Of a stretch of DNA of 64,000 nt, positions 39,861-52,293 are shown in pieces. Made by a program: the position numbers and the translations under genes. The notes below the pieces were generated by a model. It worked only from the letters and a program-made list of their open reading frames with translations. It did no database searches and had not been told where the DNA came from. This stretch comes from Octopus bimaculoides (taxonomy: Eukaryota): assembly GCF_001194135.2 (NCBI RefSeq), contig NC_068999.1:30811983-30875982 (forward strand). Direction: 5' to 3'. How positions within the stretch are numbered: position 1 is the stretch's first letter; the number at the start of each line of letters is the position of its first letter.

Positions 39861-41734
39861 CTTAAGAAAGACTTGAACATTTTTTTAACAATGATGTATG
39901 CCTTGGATATAACTATGATAGAGCACGTTTTAAAAAGATAGAAAGTTGCACATGAGCAATCACAGTAGCCGAGAAAGAATATTCTAGACACTAGTTCTGT
40001 TTAATGCCTGAATACCACCCAGTTTAACATCCCAACCTAGTCCTTCAATGTCTTTATAGAAGTTCACTCTGTTGCAAGCATTTCAAGTAGATTCTTAATT
40101 AGACCCCCTGCCAATGAACAGTCTCGACAACAGTCATATTGATTACACTAGTAGACAATGCAGCTGGACTAAATTATTGAAAGAAATGAGATGACGATGA
40201 TGATGATGATGACTATTTGCTTTTAGCCACCATTACATTTCAAATCATCACTATAATTATCGTTGTCATGGTGATAGTGATAATGATGTGCTAATGACTG
40301 CTATTCTACATTGATAAAGTCTATAAAAATGTATTTGTTCAGCTAACATAGTCTGTATTATGTCATTTAATAATCCTAATTGGTTTAGGTCAATTCCAAT
40401 AAATTCAATCTATGTCTTTTATAACTGACTGAGAATTATAAAAAAACTATTTTATCTAGTTCTCATCTTTCTCTCTAATCTGTTAAAATTTTCTAATGAA
40501 GTCTCAATAGAGTGGTAGAAACTTTCTCCATTCCCCCTCCTGTAAACCCCACTATTTTCATTTCAACTATACTAATATGCCCTGTTATTCCAGTTGCCAG
40601 TACCTTAAATGTTTTATATAATGAACTACTGTTGACTAGTAGATTCATTTGGTGTGTGGGGTTTGCTATGATTGGAGAGGGTAGCTCACAGTGGATTGCT
40701 AATATCTGTTTAGAGTATGCAAAAATTCTAAGAAAGAGAAAAGGGATTACAGTGGACTGGAGGTAACCAGAGTAATGATAGCTGGTTATATTTGTCATGA
40801 GAGGGGTAAACTGCCCATACTACTGACCAAACAAGGCTCAATGGAGAGCAAATTCTATTTCACCTGGAAACCCCCAGAAACAGGGAGAAACATTACATGA
40901 GAGAGAAAGGGATATGCATATCAATGTTTAAAATTTACTGGCAACATCAGCTACTTATAAAAACACAAATTATTATTAACAATGATAATTTCTAATTTAT
41001 GCATAAGGTGAGTAATTTGAACAGTGAGATTTGAACAGAATGAGCCAGAATGAATGTTTTGTGTAATGATTCAGCCAATTGACTGCTGTATTATAAATAG
41101 CAACAGAAATGCCAGAAGAAATATAGTTACATAGATTGTTCTATAAAGACACCAAGAATGTGGAAAATCATGACATCAGATGAGTGACTCCAAAAAGGAG
41201 ATTTAAAGGGAGAAGCTAACAATTTGTTTGGGATTGTCCAAGATCGAGTTCAAAGCACTAGTTCAGTGAGCAAGAGAATTATTCTGTTGTTACAACAAAG
41301 AAGTGTCACTTATGTAATCAGCCAGTGAAAAACATTGAACAAGCTGCAAAATGTTACCTTAGAAAGAATACAAGAAATGTCAAGGTTTATACCTTATTTT
41401 ATAATGATCACATAAAAAGTATGTACACGAATCTCCGAAGATGCTCAAATAAGAAGTTTTGTCTTTTCAACCTCGTTCATCTACTCTTCTATTTCTGCGC
41501 AGATCATTCGTCTACCTCGTTGTTGCCTTAAGATAACCTTAGTTCACACATTTCCTTAACTGCAACATATTCATTCATTCATTTATTAAAGTTTATCAAA
41601 CCATCACTTATTTCTCTAATTTTGTCATAGATTGGCTGACCAAAAACTCAGATTTTTCACTTCTATTTTACTATTATCAACATTTGCTGTCTCATTAAAT
41701 TATGCTACACAAATCCCAAAAGAATATTTTTCTC

Positions 41735-41865
41735 CCTCATTCTGTCTCTCTCTCTGCCTCATTCTGTCTCTCTCTCTGCCTCATTCTGTCTCTCTCTGTG
41801 CCTCATTCTGTCTCTTTCTCTGCCTCATTCTGTCTCTCTCTCTGCCTCATTCTGTCTCTCTCTCT
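41735..41865. repeat. 22-bp tandem repeat CCTCATTCTGTCTCTCTCTCTG, about 6 copies
   Basis: Direct reading; explains ORFs 41632-42135 and 41702-41974. Confidence 0.9.
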
Positions 41866-42265
41866 CTCTCTCAACCTCACTCTGTCTGTCTCTGTTTCTT
41901 TCTCCCTCTTTCGATTACCACTGGCTTCGCCAAGACTCCCTCCACCACCACCACCACCACCCTATATAAATTAGCGCACACACTCGGATTCCCCTACTCA
42001 ATTATTTTTCATACCACCGGCAAAAGAATATGTATTCAGAAGATGCTCTCGTCTAAATTTGCTAGTTTGTGGTACACCCGCTCCACCTGTACCAGAAGTT
42101 CCTATCCTCTGTCATCCTTTGGTTGTCTCCCATGAACACTTCTAAAGGCTTTACGCCATCCCCACCCCTACTTAAGGTTTATCTCTTATGTAAGGTAGTG
42201 ATCATATAGTGCAAAAATATGATGGTGTAGTGTTTGCAAGTTGAATTGAAGGCTATTGTTTGTTT

Positions 42266-45200
42266 ATGAATTCTGCCAAATGCGAGCTTTCTTTTCAGGT
42301 ACATGGCACTGCTGTGCCCCGTTCCAGGGTCTCAAGGGCCCATATCTCCCACACCCTCAGGGTTGGCACTCTCAACGTCGGCACACTGAAAGGTAGGTCT
42401 GGTGAGATTGTTGAGATGCTTGAACGGAAATGTGTTGATATCTGCTGCCTCCAAGAAGTAAGGTATAGAGGAGGTTCCACTAGGTTCCTCACAGGCAAAG
42501 AACACAGGTACAAGATTTTCTGGGTAGGGAACACTGACGGGGTCGGGGGCATGGGTATACTTCTTGCGGAGAGATAGGTATATGAGGTAATCAAGGTAGT
42601 CAGAGTATGCGACAGAATACTTAAGATTAGATTAGTGCTTCATCATGGGTTAGCAACCATTATATCGGCCTATACCCCTCAGCTAGGGCTACCCGGTGGA
42701 CAGAAAGACTGATTCTATGACACCCTCTTGCAGACTACCTCGTTGACGAATGACGGGGATCTCTTTGTGGCTGGTGACTTCAATGGACATGTTGGACAAC
42801 ATACAGGGGGCTTCCATGGCGTACATGGAGGCTACAGTTTTGGTTCCCGCAATGAGGAGGGAACCAGGCTGATGGAGTTCTGCGATGCAAATGATCTTAT
42901 GGTTTGCAATACTAACTTCAGGAAACCAGCAAGTCACCTAGTCACCTACCATTCTGGCAGACACACTAGCCAAATTGACTACATCCTTGCCAAAAAAAGG
43001 GAAAGATGGCTGCTTATAAATGCCAAACCTTCCCAGGCAAAGTATGTACCCCCACAACATAGACTGATAGATAGTGACTTCAGGACCAGGGCTAAGTGAA
43101 TGCCCAGAAGATGACTAGCATGGAGGAGAAGGGTTTGGAAGATTAAAGATCCTGTGAATGGACAGAGATTTAGAGACATATTACTCGAAGCCTTTGACAA
43201 AATAGAAGGGGATATAGCTTCACACGATGTAGAAGACAACTGGAGGTTTCTATGGGACAACCTGCTGAGGGCCACTGAGCAGATCTGTGGATGGTACAAA
43301 ATCCCCTCTCGACCCAAAATAAGGTGGTGGTGGAACAATGTTGTTGACAGGGCTATTAGAGAAAAGAAACAGGCTTGGAAGGACTGGAAGAATGGTGGTA
43401 GCAGGGAATTGTATCAGACTGCCAGAAGGGAAGCTAGGAGACAGGTTTATTTAACCAGAGAGGAAGCAGATAACAAAAAATTTGCCAGTGTTCTGCACCG
43501 TGAGGAGCAAAGACTTGAGGTATTTTGTGTTGCAAAGACAGTGAGTGAGAGAGAATCGTGATGTCGTAGGAGAGAAATGTGTCCGCATAGATGATGGTTC
43601 ACTTGCACTAAACGAGGCTGCAAAGAGATAGGTTTGGAGATGCCACTATGAAAGGTTGCTTAATAAAGAGAATGAATGGGAGAAAGAGAGTCTGCTGAAT
43701 GTTGACCCAACAGAGGGACCAGCTATCCGAGTTGACAGTATCTTGGTAGAGAAAGCAATTAAGAGTATGAAGACAGGGATAGACCCCTGCCCATCAGGAA
43801 TCACTGCAGAGATGCTCAAAATAGCTGGCAGTATCGGCTATAGCCTAGTCACCTGTAAAGTTAACGAGGTGATACACGAAGGAGTCATACCCAATGACTG
43901 GTGTAGCAGCGCCACAGTCATCTGCTACAAAGGTAAAGGTGACACTTTAGATACAAATAATTACAGAGGTATCAAGTTGTTGGATCAGGTAATGAATGTC
44001 ATGGAAAGGGGCATAGCCCAACTAATTAGGGAGAGAGTCAGTTTAGATGAGATGCAGTTTGGGTTCATGCCAGGGAAAAGCACCACTGATGCTATATTTC
44101 TGGTAAGACAGCTGCAAGAGAAATACCTAGCCAAAGATAAACCTCTGTACCTGGCTTTTGTTGACAGGGAGAAAGCCTTTGAGAGGGTCAATGAGGAAAC
44201 TAGAGATAAATGAATGGTTAGTGAGAGCTGTGCGAGTCATGTACAGGGATGCTGTCAGAAAAGTGAGTAGAATGAGTACAATGAAGAATTCTGGGTAGAG
44301 GTAGGTGTCCACCAAGGTTCAGTCCTCAGCCCCCTCCTATTTATCATAGTCCTCCTGGCAATAACAGAGGAATTCAAGACAGGATGCCCCTGGGAGCTCC
44401 TCTATGCTGATGACCTTGCTCTAATTGCTGAGTTACTATCAGAACTAGAGGAGCAGTTTCAGGTGTGGAAATAAGGATTAGAATTGAAAGGCGTTAGAGT
44501 CAACCTAGCTAAAATCAAAGTCCTAATAAGTAGGAAGGCAGACAAACCACAAATCCCTTCAGGTAGATGTCCCTGCTCGATCTGTAGAAAAGGTGTAGGT
44601 AGAAACTCTATAAGATGTACCCAGTATAAGCTATGGACACATAAGAGGTGCAGCAATATCAAAGGAAGGCTAACAGGAAAGATAGTTTTTGCATGTGTCA
44701 GATGCTCAGAAGCAATAAACACTGAAAATGTGCAGAGAACAACTTCTGCCACATTCCAGGGAGAAAAACTAGAAGTAGCTGTTAGCTTCCGTTACCTAGG
44801 TGACCAAGTCAGGAGCGGGAGAGGGTGTGCTGAAAGTGTAGCTGCTAGAATAAGAATAGCCTGGGCAAAGTTCAGAGAGCTCTTACCTCTGCTGGTGATA
44901 AAGTGTCTCTCACTCAGAGTAAAAGGCAGACTGTATGACACATGTGTATGAACAGCCATGCTACATGGCAGTGAAACATGGGCCGTGACTGCTGAGGACA
45001 TGTGTAAGTTCGCAAGAAATGAAGCCAGTATGCTCCGATGGATGAGTAATGTCAGTGTGCATACCCGACAGAGTGTAAGTATCTTCAGAGAAAAGTTGAA
45101 CCTAAGAAGTATCAGTTTTGGTGTACAAGAGAGATGACTGCACTGGTATGGTCATGTGGCAAGAATGGATGAAGATAGCTGTGTGAAAAAGTGCCACACC

Positions 45201-45550
45201 CTAGCGGTTGAGGGAACCTGTGGCTTCCGTCCTGGTGGCATGTAAAAAGTACCATTTGAACGTGATCGTTACCAGTGTCATTGCCAGTGTTGCTGGACTG
45301 GCTCCCGTGCAGATGGCATGTAAAAAAACACCACTTGAGTGTAGCCGTTGCCAGTACCGCCAGACTAGCCCTTGTGCCAGTGACATCACTCTCAGAGTGG
45401 TTGGCATTAGGAAGGGCATCCAGCTGCAGAAACTGCCAGACCAATTGGAGCTTGGTGCAGCCATCTGGTTCACCAGTCCTCAGTCAAATCGTCCAACCCA
45501 TGCTAGCATGGAAAGTGAACGTTAAACGATGATGATGATGATGGTGATGA
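42266..45550 (+). mobile_element. Near-full-length RTE LINE (APE endonuclease + RT), inactivated
   Basis: APE motifs VGTLNVG, CLQEVR, GDFNGHVG, QIDYIL. RT motifs YRGIKLL, QFGFMPGKSTTDAIF, GVHQGSVLSPLLF, LLYADDL. (GAT)n tail. Stops (e.g. 42575-42577, 43097-43099), frameshifts and a deletion near 44190. Confidence 0.95.
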
Positions 45551-46067
45551 TGGTGGTACAATCATGTACCAGAAAAGGCTTCAAATGAACATAGTAAACT
45601 AAAAAAGCTTGTGGGATTTTGACATTCAGACTGATAGAAAATTTAAGCACTATAGGCATCAGTATACATGACATAGAAAAGACAATGCTTTACACTAGAT
45701 GTTATAATCCTTTCAGACAGAGACATTGCATACAAAGAAGGGATTTTAAGATATGTTGAGTTAAAAGTAGAAATATCAAGAATGTATGTCTAGCAGCAAA
45801 ATACCAGTTATCAGCAAAGCATTAGGTTCAATTCCATTTAAATATTTTAACACCTGACATAGCTGAAGATCAAGACCACTCCAAAAATTTTCATTCCTTG
45901 GAACAGATATTCTGTGTATGACCTTTTGTCAAGGCTTGACAGTTAATGTGAATGAAAAATAGCAAAAACCATTATTTTATATCCATATTGTACAATGAAA
46001 TAATAATATTCCGTTTACATATTTGTTTTGCAAGATTTTTGATGTGAAATCGTGTGTTGAAACAGAT

Positions 46068-46342
46068 GTTGTTGTACTTGGGGATGGTCATATTGCCAGT
46101 TTAGCCAATAAAAACACACGCACTGTATATTTGGTGATATTTAGCAAGGTGAGACACACATAAGAAAGAAGAAAGCAAAGGACCACTGATGAGGTCACAG
46201 AAGTGTGACGAAAGAACTCTGGCCGAAATAGGATTAATGTAATATAATGTAATATAAAGCTGAAGCAAATTAACACCAAATATATAGTGCGTGTGTTTTT
46301 ATTGGCTAAACTGGCAATATGACCATCCCCAAGTACAACAAC
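46068..46342. mobile_element. Fold-back element with 69-bp arms around a hammerhead-core-containing spacer (PLE-like, inferred)
   Basis: Arms 46068-46136 and 46274-46342 differ at 1 position. Spacer has CTGATGA (46186) and GGTC...GGCC-GAAA (46225). Confidence 0.7.
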
Positions 46343-46767
46343 GAAATAATAATAGTTTTTAATTTATGCATACGGGTAGTAATTTTTAGGAGAATGGGTT
46401 AGTTAACTCCATCCTTGATTACCACTTTATTTTACCGACTCTGAGAGAATGAAAGACAAGTCTAAGTTTGGCAAGACTTGAACTTTGAATGCAAAGTGCC
46501 AAAAAAAAAAAAAAAAAATACTGCATAGCATTTCATCCAATGCTTTAACAATTCTGCTTGCTAAGTGTCATAAGTTTTACATATATCTCCAGATGCAATA
46601 TTTGAATATATCATCAATGTTGAATCCTGAAGTTAGTAGGTGTTTCACGTCTCACGTCTTTATCCAGCTGATTTAGATTGATCAAGCCTAAGTTTGTGTT
46701 CAAGTAGTATTCTACTGGCACTTCAAACACCTCTTTTCAACTAACCATCTAGTTGCTTTCTCAATGG

Positions 46768-47613
46768 CCTCAGTGGTTAAAAAAAGTTCCTGAACTAGTT
46801 CTGTAGTACACCAGCAGATGGTAGCACACAGTTGTGTGCACAGTGAAAGCTAACAGTTAACTCCTTGAGGCAGTGTGCCAAATGACAACACTATGTTTAC
46901 TTTGCAAGTTGTGAAATTTGTGTTTTTGTGATCATGTGTTTGCTGTAGTCTGTGATTTTTGTTATGGACAGGAAGATGGAACAAAGAGCCAATGTGAAAT
47001 TTTGCATTAAACTTAGGAAGTCTGACGCAGAGACATTGAGCATGCTGCAGCAAGCTTACGGTGACAAGGCAATGTGTCTTATGAGTGGCATGGGCACTTC
47101 AAAAGTAGAAGAACATTCCTGAAAGATGATGAGCAGCCTGGAGAACTGCCACGAGTGTTACCCCCAGAAATGTGGAGAAAATTCATCAGCATGTGCATGA
47201 GGATCATCGGAGGACAATCAACAACGTTTTGAAGTGTTTGAGGGAGGACATTTGGTGAAAGCAATTGGATCTGTAGAGCCTCAAGAATTGGATTCTTCAT
47301 GACTACAATGCACCCTTTCACTGAGCTCTCCTCACTTTTGAGTTTATTATCAAAAACAACATGGTATCCCTTCCACACCTGCCTTATTCATCAGATTTAG
47401 CACCTGCAGGCTTCCATCTCTCCCCCAAGAAGAAAATGCAGCTCAAGATCAAGGGCAAATTGCAGAAGGAAACTGACTTCCAGGCCAGATTCCAAAACTG
47501 GCAAGAACATTGGGACCAGTGTATTACTGTGAAGGAGATGATATTAAAGAGTAGGTAAATAAGTTATTTTTTATTAAACATAACTAGTCCAGGAACTTTT
47601 TTATACCACTTCG
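46768..47613 (+). mobile_element. Internally deleted mariner with both TIRs
   Basis: TIRs agtggttaaaaaaagttcctgaactagtt / aactagtccaggaacttttttataccacttcg+TA. N-terminus EQRANVKFCIKLRKS; C-terminus LPYSSDLAPAGFHL. Confidence 0.85.
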
Positions 47614-47739
47614 TATGTTGTTCTTATTGGCTTTTCTTCTGTTTATTTCTGTAATGCCCAGGGTTCCGTAGGCTCTACTCAAGGTACAACCTGCAAACCC
47701 TCAACTACCACTCTCCACAGCAGAAGCGGACAGTCAAGT

Positions 47740-48060
47740 ATCAGTGGAGAAAGAGCAGGCAAGCAGAATGTTGGGGATGAAGAGACAGGGTGCCTGGAGG
47801 AAGTGGGAGCAGGCAAGGGAGTGGAATGTCACCTGGCACAACATCTGAAAAAGGAACTTGTAGAGGATCGAGTTCATGATCCAGAGGGTCTATGATGTCT
47901 CCTAAACCAATCCAACCTATTTACATGAGATTTAGTTGCCCTACACCCCCAGTGTTCTAAGACAGTGACATTCAAGCACATCCTAAGCAGCAACTTCAAG
48001 TCAGTCAGAGAGGGACACTATCATTGGAGACACAAAGGCAATGAACTAGGTTTCAGTGAC
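47740..48060 (+). mobile_element. HERO-like (R2-superfamily, RLE-type) LINE fragment
   Basis: Broken frames read SRMLGMKRQGAWRKWEQAREWNVTWHNI...IEFMIQRVYDV...KHILSS...EGHYHWRH, the region around the zinc knuckle preceding the RLE. Confidence 0.7.
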
Positions 48061-48104
48061 AATAGAAATGCCAACACTAGCTCACCAGTTTATTGATAAT
48101 AATA

Positions 48105-48320
48105 ATGATGGTTTCAAATTTTGGCACATGGCCAGCAATTTCAGAGGAGGGGGAAGTTGGTTTGATTACATTGACTCCAGCACTTGACTGGTACTTATTT
48201 CATCAATCTCAAAAGGATGAAATATGAAGTTGACATTGGCAGAACATAAAGAGAGATGAAATGCTGTTAAGCATTTTGCCTGGCATGCTAACAATTCTGC
48301 CCACTCATTGCCTTCTTAAA
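48105..48320 (-). mobile_element. tRNA-derived SINE (62693-62926 family)
   Basis: ggtttcaaattttggcac.ggccagcaattt...gattacattgactccag...gcatgctaacaattctgcc. Confidence 0.75.
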
Positions 48321-48323
48321 AAA

Positions 48324-48324
<1 letters not shown>

Positions 48325-48393
<69 letters not shown>

Positions 48394-48401
48394 TGATAAT
48401 G

Positions 48402-48497
<96 letters not shown>

Positions 48498-48505
48498 TAA
48501 TAACG

Positions 48506-48551
<46 letters not shown>

Positions 48552-48590
48552 TGATGATGATGATGATGATGATAATGATAATAATAATAA
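48325..48590. repeat. (TAA)n/(TGA)n microsatellite
   Basis: Direct reading. Confidence 0.97.
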
Positions 48591-49160
48591 TTTCTTTTAT
48601 TGGCCACAAGGGCTCAAAGCATGGTGGATAATATCGAAGGACAAGTTACAGCACACAAAACAAAAAACAAAAAACAAAAAACAAAAAAAACAGGTGGGGT
48701 TTACATTGATCAAAGGGTGATACTGCCATATTAAGGGATATAACAGAGGATATATAATAGAAATTAAAGAAATAAATAATAAATTAAAAAATAATAAGAA
48801 TCCTCATTAGCAGGGTAGCCTACTTAGAGTAAACCCCATGCAAAAATCCTGGATTACTCTGTCATCCCCAGGGCATAGGAAAGTGCCCTCTTCCATTTTC
48901 TTTCCTCCTGCTTAGAAAAGCATACTCAGAGTCAATCCATCCAGTCTCACCAGTCTTGCCACTGTTAGCCATGTTTTGATAAACACACTAAAAGGCAGTA
49001 CCTTCTGCTCTACCCTCACCTTCCTTTTCAAATGATATTTGAAGAAATTGATGAGGGCTTGACCAGATAAGAAACTGCCAGTCTTCAAACCTTTCAGACC
49101 ACACAGCCTCTTTTTCCACAGCCACTATGCAGAGAAAGATCTGCCTTCCTTCTCTGTTAC
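48590..49160 (-). mobile_element. L1/Tx1-like LINE 3' end
   Basis: Minus frame reads LKGLKTGSFLSGQALINFFKYHLKRKVRVEQKVLP...TWLTVARLVRLDG. UTR ends cttgtggccAATAAAagaaat before the microsatellite. Confidence 0.55.
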
Positions 49161-50162
49161 GGAAAGGTGGTAATGATGATGATGAAGATTTCTTTAATAA
49201 CTGTTTCTAACTTAGGCACATGGACAGCAACTGTAGGGGGAGGTTGCTTAGTCAATTAAACCAACATCAGTACTTTATATAATTGAAATAATAATAGTAG
49301 TAATTAACAGTAATTATTAGTTCCTTTATAGATTCCATACTATCTTTGCACAAACTTCTAATGTAAACTTAACTTCCTGAAATAACAATAAGAAAAACAA
49401 ATTTAATTATCTGTTAAATTTATCTATAAATGTAAGTAACAAAGATCGTTGTCAATTTAAAGAATTCTGACTAACATTTATCGTATGAATAATATTTAAA
49501 ACATACAAAAATTGATAGCACTGCTAGTGAATATTGTTGTGTAGTAAAATTAAGATTTTTACATATTTTATTACTATCTTATTTCATTACTTTATATCCA
49601 TTTCTCCAGAAAAGTGTTTGTACATTTTCTCATTTGCATATTATAATAAATTACAGTATTTCACAATATATCACATCTATGTTCTGGCCTTACAATGGAA
49701 AACATTATAAAGAATACATTGAGCAGAAAAAAGTCTATAATATTTATTCTGCTCACAATGATGTTTGTGTGTACAAGTGTTATACTTTAAACAAACTTCA
49801 CTATAGAATAAAATGAAAAAAGAAAAGAGTCTTTAAAATAATGAAATAGTGTTATGAAGATCTATAAATTTATGAATCAAAAATGAAAAATAAAAAACTC
49901 ATAGAATATTGGAAAATCCATCAGTTCCTGTGGTTATGTTAAAAATATTTGGAAAACATTGTCTAAATGTTCTGCTTGAAGTTTTTTTTAATTACATATG
50001 ATTCAAACAGCTAAATGAATTAATTTTTAAAAAATCTTTTTTGTTTCAAAAACTAAAACATTCATTACTGTAGTCATATTGATATCTTTCTTTATTGTCA
50101 TCTTTAATTCAATTTTTAACATTATATTGTCTTGTATAATTATCTACATTAGTATTTATTAA

Positions 50163-50370
50163 ACAGTTATCACATTATCATTTCGTACAGTTACTGCATT
50201 GTCATTTCATACATAGTTATCACATTGCCATTTCATGTACAGTCATCACACTGTCATTTCATATTTCGTTACCACATAGTAATTTTATATAGCTGTCACA
50301 TTATCATTTCATATGTAGTTATCACATTGTGATTTCATAATGTTATCGCATTGTCTTTTTGCATAATTAT
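50163..50370. repeat. Degenerate 24-26-bp tandem repeat (AGTTATCACATTGTCATTTCATAT), about 8 copies
   Basis: Direct reading. Confidence 0.8.
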
Positions 50371-51294
50371 TGTAAAAGTGTCTCTTCATTACTGTAGTCC
50401 TAAAGGGAAGATATTCAGCTCAAACACAATTATTGACTCCTGCTTCTACATCCACTTATATACTTATTTATTTTAACACACTCACAAATTTCTAGCATTG
50501 TAATTGAATATTAACTACAATATTTCAAATTAAATTAGATGCACTAAATGGAACAAGATGAGAATTATACAAATTATACAACAGCAAAAAAGTAGAAATA
50601 CAGCTAAAAAAAGAAAGATTTGTTGAAAAAGTCCCAAAATTTGAGATGGTGTAAATACAGAACTATTGCAGATTCTTCAATTACCTGCACAACAGGCATA
50701 TAGTTCATTACAGTTTGAGATTACTTAAAAAATTTTTAATTTATTGTAAGTAAGAAATATTTGGAAGGAGAGGATATCAATTCTGTGAAAGAGTTTATGT
50801 CTTAGAATTGTGAAAGTGAACAGTGATACATCTCTTCTAAACATCTTTTTATCCCAAAGCTAGAATAATAAATTCAAATAAAAATTACCTTAATGGGTTG
50901 GATGTATGAACAAATGCAAAACCTGCTGGGAAGTGGGTATGACATTTAGTTATAGCTATTCTGCTGTATTGTCAATCCTTTAAGTTGACATTGGAAAGGA
51001 ACAGATTTAAAGGAATGAGTGTAATAATTTAATGCCTCTTGATTTTTTTCTTAAGTACAACAACTAAGATATTGTATCCAGCTGTAATGAAAACAAAAAG
51101 ATTCCCTACATTTACTATACAGATGAAGAGTTCTAGTTGGAATAATGAATTGTTATATTTAATGTATAAACCTTGAATTATTACTGACATAGGTTTTATA
51201 AATGTGCTGCAGAGTGTGAAGGTTGAAGAAATACATATATGTATAGAAAAGCATAAAACCAATTACAACTTTAAAAGAAAAACATTTAGTTTCC

Positions 51295-51610
51295 ATGGCT
51301 ATCCTCACTGATGGTTGTGAATGTTGGGTAATGACTGAAAGACTATGTTTGCATATACATGTAGCCAAAATAGGGTTTCTTCAACGGATCTCTGGAGTAA
51401 CATTACTTGACAGTGTGTGTAGCTTCATGATCAGGAAGTATCTCCAGGCTGAGGTTACAGTTCCAGTACTATGGATATGTAATTAGAATGTCATAGAAAA
51501 GGATCAGAAGACAGATTCTTCTGGCTGAGCCAAACAGCAGGAATCCTAGGGGTAGACCAAGAATGAGATGGTTGGATAATAATCCATAGTCTCTGCTGGT
51601 TACATCTGGG
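51295..51610 (+). mobile_element. Old RTE LINE C-terminal fragment (different subfamily)
   Basis: ILTDGCECWVMTER...IGFLQRISGVTLLD, then ...PRGRPRMRWLD. Confidence 0.7.
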
Positions 51611-51974
51611 AATCTAGCAGGAAAGTTTAATGATAGTTGTTTCTGATAAGACGGTATTGAAGACACAACCCTTCAACGAATAGTGGGCAGTGAAAATGAG
51701 TGAATAGATTAATACTGGATGATTTAAGTTTCGATATAAAGTATCTGAGAAAAAGAAAATCCTGGTCATAGCAGAAACCTTTTTGATTGTAAGTCTTAGA
51801 AATGAAGATCTGGTGCTTAACAACAAGAACAACTGTATTATGAGAAAATAGATTATTTTGAGGTATTGAATTATTTTTAGTTGTTGCTTAGTGGTTTATT
51901 TGCCAACCAATTGATCTATCTCAGATAAAGTAAAAGTAAAAACACCATCAAACATTCAGACTGAAGAGAACGAG

Positions 51975-52293
51975 AAGATCGTGATGGAAAACATCCAGAA
52001 TATAGCTAATACAATACACCAGAGCATCAAGGTAACAATAGATTACCCAACAGGACACCTAAACATGAAACTCCCAGTACTTGACACAGAACTTTGGCTA
52101 GAAACAATTAATGACAAAGTTCAAATCCTCCACTCACATTATATGAAACCTATATCTTCAAAGTATGTTATCCATAAGAATTCGGCTCTATCACACAGTG
52201 TGAAAATCAATATATTAATAGCCGATTTGGTTAGAATAATGAAAAACATATCCCCCCTGTGCAGTCCATGGGAGGGGCAAAAACATATTCAAG
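51975..52293 (+). mobile_element. Penelope-like RT thumb fragment, cut by a gap
   Basis: IQNIANTIHQSIKVTIDYP...KLPVLDTELW...HYMKPISSKYVIHKNSALS...DLVRIMKN, open for about 105 codons. Confidence 0.7.

Noticed and set aside
40490-40800. Possible additional PLE relics (also 29240-29700, 56800-57140) and CR1/L2-like traces (6000-6700, 27900-28250)
   Set aside because: Only faint motif resemblance; cannot be supported without a profile search.
42284-42300. Strong splice acceptor (ctttcttttcAG|GT) just before the RTE endonuclease
   Set aside because: An in-frame ATG (42266) reads through it, so splicing is not needed; no donor identified.
48261-48609. Poly-N/I/Y/L ORFs, and all ORFs containing X
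   Set aside because: Translation of microsatellites or assembly gaps.
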